Below, piece after piece: positions 50,611 to 61,790 of a stretch of 64,000 bases of DNA (the stretch's first letter is position 1; each line of letters opens with the position of its first letter). Both the position numbers and the translations under genes were made by a program. The notes under the pieces were generated by a model. That model saw nothing but the letters and a program-made list of their open reading frames with translations. It was not told the origin of the DNA and did no database searches. The DNA is from Octopus sinensis (taxonomy: Eukaryota): NCBI RefSeq assembly GCF_006345805.1, contig NC_043008.1, positions 63,302,001 to 63,366,000 of the forward strand, given 5' to 3'.

Positions 50611-51010
50611 AGGCGGTGAGCTGGGAGAAATGTTAGCACACCGGGGGAAATGCTTAGTAGTATTTTGTCTGCCGTTACATTTTGAGTTCAAATTCCGCCG
50701 AGGTCGACTTTGCCATTTATCCTTTCGGGGTCAATTAAATAAGTACCAGTTATGCACTGGGGTCAATATGATCGACTTAATCCATTTGTCTTCCTTTGTT
50801 CATCGCCTCTAAATTTAGCCCATTGTGGGTATTAAAGAAATAGGTATTTCATCTGTCTTCGTGCTCTGAGTTCAAGTTCCGCTGAGGTCGACTTTGCCTT
50901 TCATCCTCTCAGAGTTGATAAATTAAGTACCAGTTGTGTACTGGGGTCGATCTAATTGACTGACCCCTCTCCCTTAAAATTTCAGGCCTTGTGCCTAGAG
51001 TAGAAGAGGA
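50611..51010 (+). mobile_element. SINE family B, dimeric, full length
   Basis: Similarity to 45804-46200. Confidence 0.82.
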
Positions 51011-51419
51011 TATGTAATACATACATGCGTACATACATATATGCATATATATGTAATGTCTAAGGAGAATAGTTCTCTTATCTTTTTTATTTTTTACTTA
51101 TTACATTTTAGTTTTTGAGTTTTCGTTTTCTGTTTATCATTTCCATCTTTTACTTTCTTCCTTTTCTATATGCTGCCTTCTCAGTTTTTTTTTTTTTTGT
51201 TTTTTTGCATTTCTTCTATTATACACATTTTTTACTTCCGTATGATATGTGGTTTGTGCCCGAAGAATATGTATGAGTATTTCTCAACATATGAAACTAT
51301 TAGTAATACTTAAAGACATCTATTGTGCCCTTTAAATAAATAAATAAATATATGTGTGTGTGTGTGTGTATATATATGTATATATGTACATGTGTATATA
51401 CATATGTGTATGTATATAT

Positions 51420-51458
<39 letters not shown>

Positions 51459-51459
<1 letters not shown>

Positions 51460-51531
51460 TTGTATACCCCTAATATTACCATAAACGAATTTAAAAGATA
51501 TATATATATATAATATATATATATATAATAT

Positions 51532-51615
<84 letters not shown>

Positions 51616-51665
51616 TATATTTACCTTTTAAATTCGTTTATGGTAACTTTAGGGGTATACAAATA
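51459..51665. repeat. Inverted repeat of about 45 bp enclosing (TA)n
   Basis: tttgtatacccctaa.aattaccataaacgaatttaaaag versus cttttaaattcgtttatggtaactttaggggtatacaaa. Confidence 0.75.
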
Positions 51666-51864
51666 AAACCCTTATTTCATTATGCGGGCTACAGTTTAAT
51701 GATACTGACTTGTAAGTCAGTTTTTCAGGGTTGCATCAGGGTTATACTAATATAATGTAGGATATATATGATAACAATAATTCTAGGATGAAGTTTATAA
51801 ATATTTAATATATAAATTTCATTCTAGATTTATTGTTATTATATGTATATATGTGTGTATATAT

Positions 51865-52268
51865 AGGTGAGGGTGTGTGGTAAGAAACTTGCTTTCCAGC
51901 CACTAAGTTCAGGGTTCAATCCCATTGTGTGGCACATTGGGTGTCTTCTACTATAGCCTCAGAACAACCAAAAACCTTGTGAGTGGATTTGGTAGATGGA
52001 GATTGAAAGAAGCCCATCTTACATGTGTGTGTGTGTATATATATATATTTATATGTGTGTGTCTTTGTGTCTGGGTTTGTCCACCAACCAATGTTGGTGT
52101 GTTTACATCCCCATAACTTAGTGCTTAAGCAAAAGACACTGATAGAATAAGTACTAGGCTTACAAGGTTTACTTCCTGAAGTTGAGTTCTTTAACTAAAA
52201 ATACCCATTAAGACAGTGCTCCAGTATGGCCACAGTAAAATGGCTGAAACAAGTAAAAGAATAAAAGA
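51865..52268 (+). mobile_element. SINE family A, degenerate
   Basis: Similarity to other copies. Confidence 0.75.
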
Positions 52269-52272
52269 ATAT

Positions 52273-52347
<75 letters not shown>

Positions 52348-52429
52348 TGCAATGGGTCAATTGTTGCCATTTTACATTTTCATTTTTGCGCAAGTGCTAT
52401 ATTTGTTTTTGATTTTGTCAACTACACAG

Positions 52430-52950
52430 TATAGTAGGGTCAGTTGGGCACTGTTGTGAGAAAAACAGCACCATGATGCAATTCACTCTGCCAGAAATTT
52501 GGAAACACCATGCTGTGCTGCTTACCATTTATGCCAGAAGCTCCAATACAAACATATCAGAGTGTTTGGGTGTCAATCTGAGGACAGTGCAATCTGAGGT
52601 CATGTACTGAGAGAGATAAGAATCAAACAACCAGTTTACATCATGGTGTTTGGAGTGATCATTAGTGATGGTAACATAATGCCTCCATTCCTTTCCCCAC
52701 ACAGCCCTCACACTCAACATAGAGGCCTACATCATGTGCCTGGGGGAAGTAGTGCTACCTTGTGCCAAGAGGTTGGCTGTTGGAAGACCCTGTGTCTGAC
52801 AGCAGGACTCTGCACCATGGTATACAAGCAGGAGAACCCAGTCATGGCTGTCAGACAATTTCTGTGATTACATCACCCCAAATATCTGGCCACTTAACTC
52901 CCTAGACTCCAACCCCCTTGATTATTATGCATGGGGTGCAGTTGAGTGGG
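52430..52950 (+). pseudogene. Tc1/maT-like (DD37D-type) transposase remnant
   Basis: IMVFGVIISDGNIMPPF...QQDSAPWYTSRRTQSWLSDNF...IWPLNSLDSNPLDYYAWG. Confidence 0.75.
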
Positions 52951-52959
52951 AGACCTTCA

Positions 52960-53370
52960 AAATTGGATGAAGATGTTTTGAAAGCAAAAATTGAAGAAAG
53001 CTCAAATATCACTTTTAGAAGCTTCCAGCTTGCAGAGAAGTTGGAAGTTCCTAAAAGTACAGTTTATGAACACCTGGTGTAAACAGGATGAATTTTGACA
53101 AAAGACACCTGAAAAAGGCTGGAGCATACAACAGCTGAAACATAGTGAAGGCAACACTGTGACTATTATCTTCCAAGCTAAGCTCTATAACTTAAAATTT
53201 TGAAAACCACCTTTGAACTGTTGACTCACCTACAGCATTATCACCATGAACTTCACAACTGTTTTTGCAAGTCTTTGCAGCATTTTCTCCTTTTTGCAAA
53301 ACAAGAAAAGCATTACAACGCGAATATGAAATTTTCCATTTCAAATGTCAATAATGAGTGACTGGAATGA
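52960..53370. pseudogene. mariner transposase N-terminal fragments in opposite orientations
   Basis: Plus 52960-53080: DEDVLKAKIEE..LAEKLEVPKSTVYEHL; minus 53345-53160: GENAAKTCKNSCEVHGDNAVGESTVQRWFSKF. Confidence 0.6.
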
Positions 53371-53659
53371 AAGATTAATCTATTTTTAGTCAAGAACAAA
53401 GAATAGATGCACTACCACTTCAAGCAATGCCAAAATTTTTTAACTCTGTTACATTTCAGGTGTATCCATTGAAGCGTTAAAAGATTTAGTTTAAAAACGC
53501 TCAGAACTTTCCAGATAACCTAATTGTTCATTTCTTGTTAATTAATGAGTTAATTAATTTGAATGAATAGATTTATTTATTTATTACTGAATTATAGGTC
53601 AAAGTTGTGGCCTTCTCAATGTCATCTTTCTGCAACTTCAACAATGCATGTTATTATCA

Positions 53660-53845
53660 TCATGATCATCATCAATTAAATTCTGTTGGCCATGCTGCCA
53701 TCGGTTGGATGGTTTGACCAGAGCTGGGAAGCTGGGAAGCTACACCAGACTCCTATCTGATTTGGCATAGTTTCTACAGCTTGATGCCCTTCTTAACACC
53801 AGCCATTGTACAGTGTGTGCTGGGTGCTTTTTCGTGGCACCATGT
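53660..53845 (-). mobile_element. RTE 3' tail
   Basis: Similarity to 15100-15283. Confidence 0.65.
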
Positions 53846-54169
53846 TTATTTATCAGAATGACTCTACGAAAATATGACAATGTATGTTTCAACACACAAT
53901 TTCGCATCATAAATCTTTTAGCACAACAAATATACCTCATATAAACCTTATATAATGAATTTTTATGTTTTCATGTAAATGTCTGATATGAATTATTTTC
54001 CACCCAGGAAATGTCAGTTTAGATTGTTTTGTTTCATATAAAAATAAATTGGTTTGTTAAGATGGTTGACACTTCTTAGTATATTTCATATTAAGAAAGG
54101 AAAAAAAGAAATGTTTTCTTTTGTTCTGTGAAGTCCAAAGGGAATTAACAGATACTATTGATTTCAAAC

Positions 54170-55080
54170 ATAGATATAAGGCAGAGTATAGTCAATAAGA
54201 CTGAGTGGTGCTTTCTTTTATCAAGCCAGAAAGGAGGAAAAATTACATTACCCTCAGCAGGATTTGAACTCAAAATGTAAAAGGACACAACAAGGTTTTT
54301 TTGACCAACACCCTAACAATTCCACCAATCTGCCACTCTGACATTTATTTCAAATTTTGGCAAAAGGCCAGCAATTTCAAGGTAGTGGCAAGTTGATTCC
54401 ATTGACCCCCAGTACTTGACCAGTATGTATTTTATCAACTCCTAAAGGATGAAAGGCAAAGTTGACGTTGGTAGAATTTGAACTCAGAACATGAAGATGG
54501 ATGAAATGCCTCTAAGCATTCTAACAGTTCTGCCAGCTTTCCACCTTGATCTGCCACACTAATACTGGTTTCAAATTGTGGCACAAGGCCAGCAAGTTCA
54601 GGGCAGGGTGTAAGTTGATTACATCAATCCCAGTGATCAACCAGTACTTATTTTATCGATCCTGAAGTAATGAAATGTAAAGTCGACCCCGGCAGAATTT
54701 GAACTCAGAATGTAAAGATGATTGAAATGCCACAAAGCATTTTGCCTAGCATGATAACGATTCTACCAGCTCACTGCCTTAATCTACCACACGAATATTA
54801 ATAGATATTATTGGCAAGAATATCGGTACAAGTGATTCCAAACACCCAAACTTAATTGATACTAATGAATTTAAATTTTGGCAAAAGACTAGAAATTTTG
54901 AGGGAAGTGGTAAATCAAGGATATCGACCCCAGTGTTAAACTGGTAATTATTTCAGTGACCCTAAAAGAATGAAAGGTAAAGTAGACCTTAGCAGAATTT
55001 TGTCTCTGAATGTAAAGATGGATGAAATACCACTAAGCGTTTTGCCTGGCATGCTAATGATTCTGCCGGTTTGTCATCTA
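54170..55080 (-). mobile_element. Four consecutive SINE family B copies in the same orientation
   Basis: gaaaggcaaagt(t/c)gac...gaatttgaactcagaa at about 54250, 54450, 54680 and 54980. Confidence 0.7.
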
Positions 55081-56242
55081 ACAGAATAGTATCTCCTAAT
55101 ATAATAATGAGAGTAGTGTTTTAATATATTTGTATGTATATATATATATATATATATATTTGTTCAGAATCACACCAGATGTGGAGGAGGAGAGAAAATA
55201 GTAATTCAGTGAAGGAAAAGTAGTGAGAGTAATAGCCCTGACTGAGAGGGAGTGAGAGTAAGTAATAGCAACGAGAGAAAAGAAGGCTGATAGATGGAAA
55301 AGGAAGGATGGGGTGAAAACAAATCAGTGTTTCAACTCTGTGTGAGTATATGTGTGTATGTATATAAAGGATGTATGTGAATGTCTGTATGTGTGATTAT
55401 GTACCTTATTTTGTACATTATTTATATATAAAATATTACAGTTAGCTGTCATTATTGATGGCACGTGGTCAGTTAGTATATAATAACCACTGTATTTACT
55501 AGAGCACAGGGTAATCTCAAGTATAATGTGACATCTACATTTTGTACTTACAAGTCACTAACACATGTCATCCTCCTATGTTTATGTTTTTTTCACTTGT
55601 ATATGATGCTAACCCCCCACTAAGAGTAACCCTGGTGATTTTCTAATAATTTCTTCACATTATATACACATAAATACAATTGTTTTGAGATACTGTTTTA
55701 ATTTTGACAAGCAATAACAAAGCTGCTTTGAGTATCATATTACATACAATACAGAATGACAAGAGATTAGGTTGTTAATTAACTTAATAATGTAAGTAAT
55801 TAAAATTTGAACACAATTATTTGATGCTTTAAATTTATTTCATAACACTATAAGAGTATCAAATACTAAAATAATCGCTCTGGGTATTTAAGCCGAACTG
55901 TCAATGCCGTAATAGGAAACTATAATAAATATATCATTACTGTTTCCTCATAAATACACAACTTTCATTGACTTGTTTATCTTAATTCGAGCTTTTATTT
56001 AACGATCACATTACTTTACCACATATTTCAATATCATACTGTCAAGTGGGACATAAAACTGCAGCATTAATATATGCAGTAGCATTTGTGGGGGGCATAA
56101 TAAATTATAATTACCGGATTACTTTTCTGTTTACTAATATATTAGTTTGTCCGTAAATGTGTAAACACTTCTTAGTCTCCATTCTAGTGTGCTGAAATTA
56201 CATTAATCAAAGTGAAATTGCTTCTTTTTATTTTTTGTATAT

Positions 56243-56590
56243 CTCTCTATATATAAAGCTGAAGTTGTCTGTGTATAGCAGGTTTGGTAGCCTTCAACTA
56301 ACACTATCTCCTCTGAGACCCTGCGGCACAAGTTGACCAAAATTAAGAGTATGATAGAAGAAGGCTTGCTCTTCCTTCCGTAGAAGAAAAAATTCAAATC
56401 GGACCAGGTTACGCTTTTTTTCTATGAAAATCCCTATTTTTTTACGATTTTTTGACTGCTTTGTGGCCATTTTCAGAGTATTTCAACCAGAAAAATGTTC
56501 ACTTAAAGAGAATAACAAGCTACATAATGCAAAATTTTTACTTTTCAAAAATTCCAATTCTAAAGGTTCGAAACAAACCCAAGCATAGTA
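56243..56590 (+). mobile_element. Non-autonomous Helitron-like element, 3' end decayed
   Basis: Starts tctctatatataaagctgaagttgt, typical of non-autonomous Helitron 5' ends; no intact CTAG end seen. Confidence 0.45.
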
Positions 56591-56689
56591 TATTATAAAG
56601 TATTATTTATTTTGTAATCAGTAACGAGCATTATGAAAACAAATGTTCATGCATATATGACTGCGACTTAATATGGAGCGCTAAGAGTA

Positions 56690-57106
56690 CCATACAAGTG
56701 AGATCGTTGCCAGAGCAACAAGCTGGCCACAGTGCTGATGGCAGGTTAAAAACACCTTTCGAGCATGATTGTTACCTGTGTCACCTTACTAGCAATTGTG
56801 CTGGTGGCAAGTGAAAAAACATTTGAGCGAGGTCGTTGTCAGTGCTCCTGAGCAGGTAACACATAAAAAGCACCATTTGAGCATGGCCGTTGTCAGTACC
56901 ACCTAACTGGTCCTCGTGCCGGCTGCATGTAAAAGCACCCACTACACTCTCAAAGTGGTTGCCGCTAGGAAGGGCATCCAGCTGTAGAAACTCTGCCAGA
57001 TCAGATTGGAGTCTGGTGCAGCCATCTTGTTCGCCAGACCGCAGTCAAATCATCCAACCCATGCTAGCATGGAAAGTGGACGTTAAACGACGACGACGAC
57101 GACGAC

Positions 57107-57135
<29 letters not shown>
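56690..57135 (+). mobile_element. RTE 3' UTR-type copy with (GAC)/(GAT)n tail
   Basis: Modular gttgccag..gtggcac..aaaagcacc units and RTE tail. Confidence 0.75.
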
Positions 57136-57142
<7 letters not shown>

Positions 57143-57253
57143 GATGTTGCTGTTCTTGGTATTGTTTTGCTCCCGGTAATGTCTGATCCAGCAGACCTAT
57201 GATAAGAATTGTTACAGCTGTCAGCATCAAATCTTTCTGCTGACATAATTATG

Positions 57254-57686
57254 AAGGCATGCTGAAAAGTTCCTGGTTTTAAGGGTATCACAAAAAGCTT
57301 GGCTGGGGGCCCAACCCCAAGCATTAGTGTAGAGCAAACACAGACAGAAAAGACTACTGCAATAAATGTGTGAATCCGAGAGAGGAATACATTGAATAAA
57401 ATCATAATAAACTGATCTACCTGTATTTTCTCTTACCCAAAGCCAGAAACTTTTCAGCACTCCCTCACACACATAAGGGGGTGCTGAAAAGTTTCTGGCT
57501 TTAAGGGTATCATGAAAGGCCTAGTTGGAGGCCCAACCTTCTGAGTTCTTTTACAGGGTGCAGAAAAACTGAAGGACTGCTGCAATAAGTGTGTAAATCT
57601 GAGAGAGGAATATGTTGAATAAAATCATAATCAACTGATCCTCCTATATTCCTATAACCCAGAGCCTTTTTAGCACCCCCTCATAT
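57254..57686 (+). mobile_element. Two tandem mariner-derived MITEs (57254-57467, 57474-57686)
   Basis: TIRs gagggggtgctgaaaagtt / aacttttcagcactccctc. Confidence 0.7.
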
Positions 57687-57899
57687 ATCCAAGAATACAT
57701 CCTCTTTTCAAGTCTCTCTCATTTCACTTATCCTTATGCTCTACCCTATTCTCTTCCATACTCTTCCAACCCCTCCTCTTACTTACCATTTATCATCCTC
57801 CTAGGGTCACCACACACACACTCTCTTCTATTTACCCCCAATTTGTGAGCCCTACTGTAAGTATATGTTATAATGCATATTAACCATTATCTTTTATCT

Positions 57900-58097
57900 C
57901 CTATTTGTTTCAGTCGTTAGATTGTGGTATCTTTAGTCAATTTTACTCGAACCCAGTACCTATTTTCTAAGCCTAGTACTTATTCTATTGATCTCTTCTG
58001 CCAAACTGCTAGGTTACAGGGGATGCAAATACACCAACATCAGTTGTCAAGCGTTAGTGGGGGACAAGCACAAACAGAAAGACACACACACACACAC

Positions 58098-58142
<45 letters not shown>

Positions 58143-58690
58143 TACAGGAGTGGCTTGTGGTAATTAGCTTGCTTATCAACTACATGGTTCTGGGTTCAGT
58201 CCCACTGTGTGGCACCTTGGGCAAGTGTCTTCTACTATAGCCTCGGGCTGACCAAAGCTTAGTGAGTGGGTTTGGTAGCCGGAAACTGAAAGAAGCCCAT
58301 CGTATATATATATATATATGCATATGTTTGTGTGTCTGTGTTTGTCCCCCCAATATCGCTTGACAATGATGCGGGTATGTTTATGTCCCTGTCACTTAGC
58401 GGTTCAGCAAAAGAGACCAATAGAATAAGTACTAGGCTTACAAAGAACAAGTCCTGGGGTCGATTTGCTCGACGAAAGGTGGTGCTCCAGCATGGCGACA
58501 GTCAAATGACTGAGAAAATGAAAGAAAAAATGTAAGACAAGCTTCTTTCAGTTTCCATCAACCAAATCCAATCGCAAGGTTTTGATTGACCCAAGGCTAT
58601 CGTAGAAAACACTTGACCAAGGTGTCACACAGTGGGACTGAACTTGGAACCATGTGGTTGGGAAGCATACAGCCACACCATACAGCCAAA
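57900..58690. mobile_element. Three SINE family A copies (57900-58080 -, 58140-58530 +, 58540-58690 -)
   Basis: Similarity to other copies. Confidence 0.8.
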
Positions 58691-59564
58691 CCTGTATCTT
58701 CTGTCTCATGATAGAGTTTTAACAATAGCAAGAAAATAGTAGGATGTAGCATTGTTTGTGAAGCATGGAATATTCTATAATTGTCTCATATTACTATATT
58801 AAATTCTAACACTAGATTGTGTGAGCTCACAAAGATTCTGTGTCCATGCACAATAACCTGCAGTAGAATAGCTCAGTGTTTACTAGAAGCAATGGATGAG
58901 TGACTCCTTAAGCTAACAACCTCTGCAGCGAGGAATATTTGGAATATTTGGATACTGACTCTTCAAAATTATGATTTTCAATAACTTGGACAATATTTGA
59001 ATATCTACTATTATAATATCACATTGTTAATATAACCTGCTGTTGTAAAGTATCTTGACAATAATGCTAGGAATCTAGAACTGATTTCATGCAGTTCTAA
59101 CTTACTCCTGAGATGAGTACAAGTGTTAGATATTATTTGTGATATTTTACACATTCAAGTAAATCTTGGTGAGTACCTATTAAACAAGTGAACAAGCTTC
59201 GCACCTGATAATATTGAATTCACCTCAACATCATCTCCATCATCATCATAATGTCACATTTGCATGCATACATAGGTCACGCAAAATTTGTTGTGCTAGA
59301 TTTTTATGGCTGGATGCCTTTCCTGTTGCTAGCACTCACCTTGCTCTAAGTAAGTTAAATGTTTTTGCTTGTTCTTCAGTGACTAGATGGCAAGAATTAT
59401 ATAGAAGAGTTTTAGAGAATGATACAGAATTGTATGACAATGACTTTACAACCAGCACAATCTCAAGAGAAGAAGCACCCCACACACATGTACATTTATA
59501 CATACATATGCAAACATGCACACATGTACACACAGATGTTTGTATGCATGTATATATATATATA

Positions 59565-59890
59565 TATCAAATGAAATCAAAAACAGAACACAAAGGATGT
59601 CGCGGTACACATGTTTCAAGCTTTATAAACGACTTGTTCTTACATCATTGTATAATCGACATAAAGGATGGTTTAAAGCTCTCTTCAGCCACATGCAATT
59701 GTTATACCAAAGATTTACATCACATTATGAAAAATCCGAAATCCTTGGTATAAAAATTGCATGCGGCTGAAGAGAACTTTAAACCATCCTTTATGTCAAT
59801 TATACAATGATGTAAGATTAAGTAATTTATAAAGCTTGAAACACATGTACCGAGACATCCTTTGTGTTCTGTTTTTGATTTCATTTGATA
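59565..59890. mobile_element. Inverted repeat (arms of about 150 bp, 22-nt spacer), Penelope-like pLTR palindrome
   Basis: 59565-59716 versus 59739-59890. Confidence 0.85.
59602..59692 (-). ncRNA. Type I hammerhead motif with long stem II loop
   Basis: GUGG CUGAAGA GAGCUUUA [about 50 nt] UAAAGCUU GAAA CAUGUG UA CCGC; twin on plus strand at 59763-59853. Confidence 0.65.
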
Positions 59891-59979
59891 CATATTCCCT
59901 CTCACCTCTGCTACTAGCTGGTGTATACAGGTGCTTACACTTATCAAGTATTCACCCTAAATTTATTATATATATATAT

Positions 59980-60285
59980 CACGTGATCACGCGACTGTCC
60001 AGACCATCAAATGTTGTTACACATCGCTGGTCACAATGCGTTCACATTGTTTTAGCCTTTGAATGACACCACGCCGCTAGCTAAGTGAGCAGGCCAACAG
60101 AAGAAAGAGCGGGAGAAAGAGTGGTGAAAGAGTACAGCAGGGATCACCACCCCCTGCTGGAGCATCGTGGAGGTTTTAGGTGTTTTCGCTCAATAAACAC
60201 TCACAACACCCGGTCTGGGAATCGAAACTGTGATCCTACGACCATGAGACCGCTGCCCTAACCCCTGGGCCATTGCGCCTCCACA
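59980..60285 (-). mobile_element. SINE family C variant
   Basis: Similarity to 24670-24985 and 21542. Confidence 0.82.
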
Positions 60286-60513
60286 CACATATATATATAG
60301 AGAGAGAGATACAAGTGAGCAGACAAACAAAGGAAGAGCACTCAACACATTTATTGGGAGTTACATTTATAGATCAAAACAGTTTGATTCAAATTCCTAT
60401 GCCCAAAGACTAGCAGCATGTTTGAGACTCACACACATATACACATACATATATGCATACATATGTACACACACATGTATATATATATATATATATATAT
60501 AATTCAAAAGATA

Positions 60514-60554
<41 letters not shown>

Positions 60555-60589
60555 TGTGTGTGTATTTGTATACATGGGTGTGTAGTTGA

Positions 60590-61115
60590 GAAGCTCCAAC
60601 AGCACACCACCTTGTATCCATGCTGGTGCACCACCTTTAGTTGAGCAAATCGACCCCAGGACTTATTCTTTGTAAGCCTAGTACTTAGTCTGTCAGCCTC
60701 TTTTGTCGAACCATTAAGTTACAGGGATGTAAGCACACCAGCATCCAGTGGTTGACTGAGTCTAAAAGAATATTGGTCGCCAAGAGACTTAGGGGGCCCA
60801 CCTGCAACTACAGGGGGGGGCCCACCCGCAGCTATAATGTTATAATTTGATTAATATTTTTTGTTAAAGATATTTTTTTAATTGTCGATAAACACAGCCA
60901 GGCTGAAATAATTAATGCATTCTTCCAGGAGTGAATAAAAAATTCTCAAACTTGAGGGGATGGGCCCTTTAGATACTAACATGGGACCCCATATATGGAT
61001 TCTAATGACACAGGGACCCACATGCCATCGGGAAAGCTGGCAACCTGGCCAATCTGCCACTGCCAGCATCTGTTGTCAAGCAATGTTGTGGGGACAAACA
61101 CAGACTCACAAACAC
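60590..61115 (-). mobile_element. SINE family A 3' part, interrupted by a hAT MITE
   Basis: SINE sequence resumes after the insertion. Confidence 0.75.
60746..61062. mobile_element. 317-bp hAT-like MITE with perfect 8-bp TSD
   Basis: ccagcatc|cagtggttgactg ... caatctgccactg|ccagcatc. Confidence 0.85.
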
Positions 61116-61159
61116 ACATACGCATGCATATAAATATATATATGTATATATATATATAG

Positions 61160-61365
61160 TTAATCCAAACATGAACAAAGAGAAAACACAACAACGCGAG
61201 GATGTTGAACAAGTATAGTGTTATTGGACGCTCAGGAAAGGAAAGAAAGAAAGAAGATTTAACCTTTCAAGCAGAGCTCTTCGTTAGAAACTTAGAAAAA
61301 GGAAAGGTCCAAGGAACGGAAGACGGAGAAAGAAAATTGCCAACGATATACAAGTGGTCACATAT
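61160..61365 (-). mobile_element. Probable Penelope-like pLTR fragment with decayed hammerhead-like motif (about 61258-61292)
   Basis: Minus strand: tt ctaacga a gagc tct gctt gaaa gg tt aaa. Confidence 0.4.
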
Positions 61366-61382
61366 ATATATATATATATATC

Positions 61383-61614
61383 GGGCGGCGAGCTGGCAGA
61401 AACGTTAGCACACTGGGCGAAATGCGTAGCCGTATTTCGTCTGCCGTTACGTTCTGGGTTCAAATTCCGCCGAGGTCGACTTTGCCTTTCATCCTTTCGG
61501 GGTCGATAAATTAAGTACCAGTTACGTACTGGGGATCGATGTAATCGACTTAATCCGTTTGTCTGTCCTTGTTTGTCCCCTCTGTGTTTAGCCCCTTGTG
61601 GGTAGTAAAGAAAT
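61383..61614 (+). mobile_element. Young monomeric SINE family B inserted in (TA)n
   Basis: CpG-rich, flanked by (TA)n on both sides. Confidence 0.88.
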
Positions 61615-61629
61615 ATATATATATATATA

Positions 61630-61790
61630 TATACGATGGGCTTCTTTCAGTTTCCATCTACTAAATCCACTCACAAGGCTTTGGTTGGCTTGAGGCTATA
61701 GTAGAAGAACCTTGCCCAAGATGCCATGCAGTGGAACTGAACCCAGAACCATGTGGTTGGTAAGCAAGCTACTTGCCACACTGTCACTTC
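61630..61790 (-). mobile_element. SINE family A, 5' half
   Basis: Similarity to other copies. Confidence 0.8.

Noticed and set aside
59740-59890. Initial reading as a Penelope GIY-YIG C-terminal coding remnant
   Set aside because: Stops in all frames and no real motif; the hammerhead fold with compensating stems explains the sequence better
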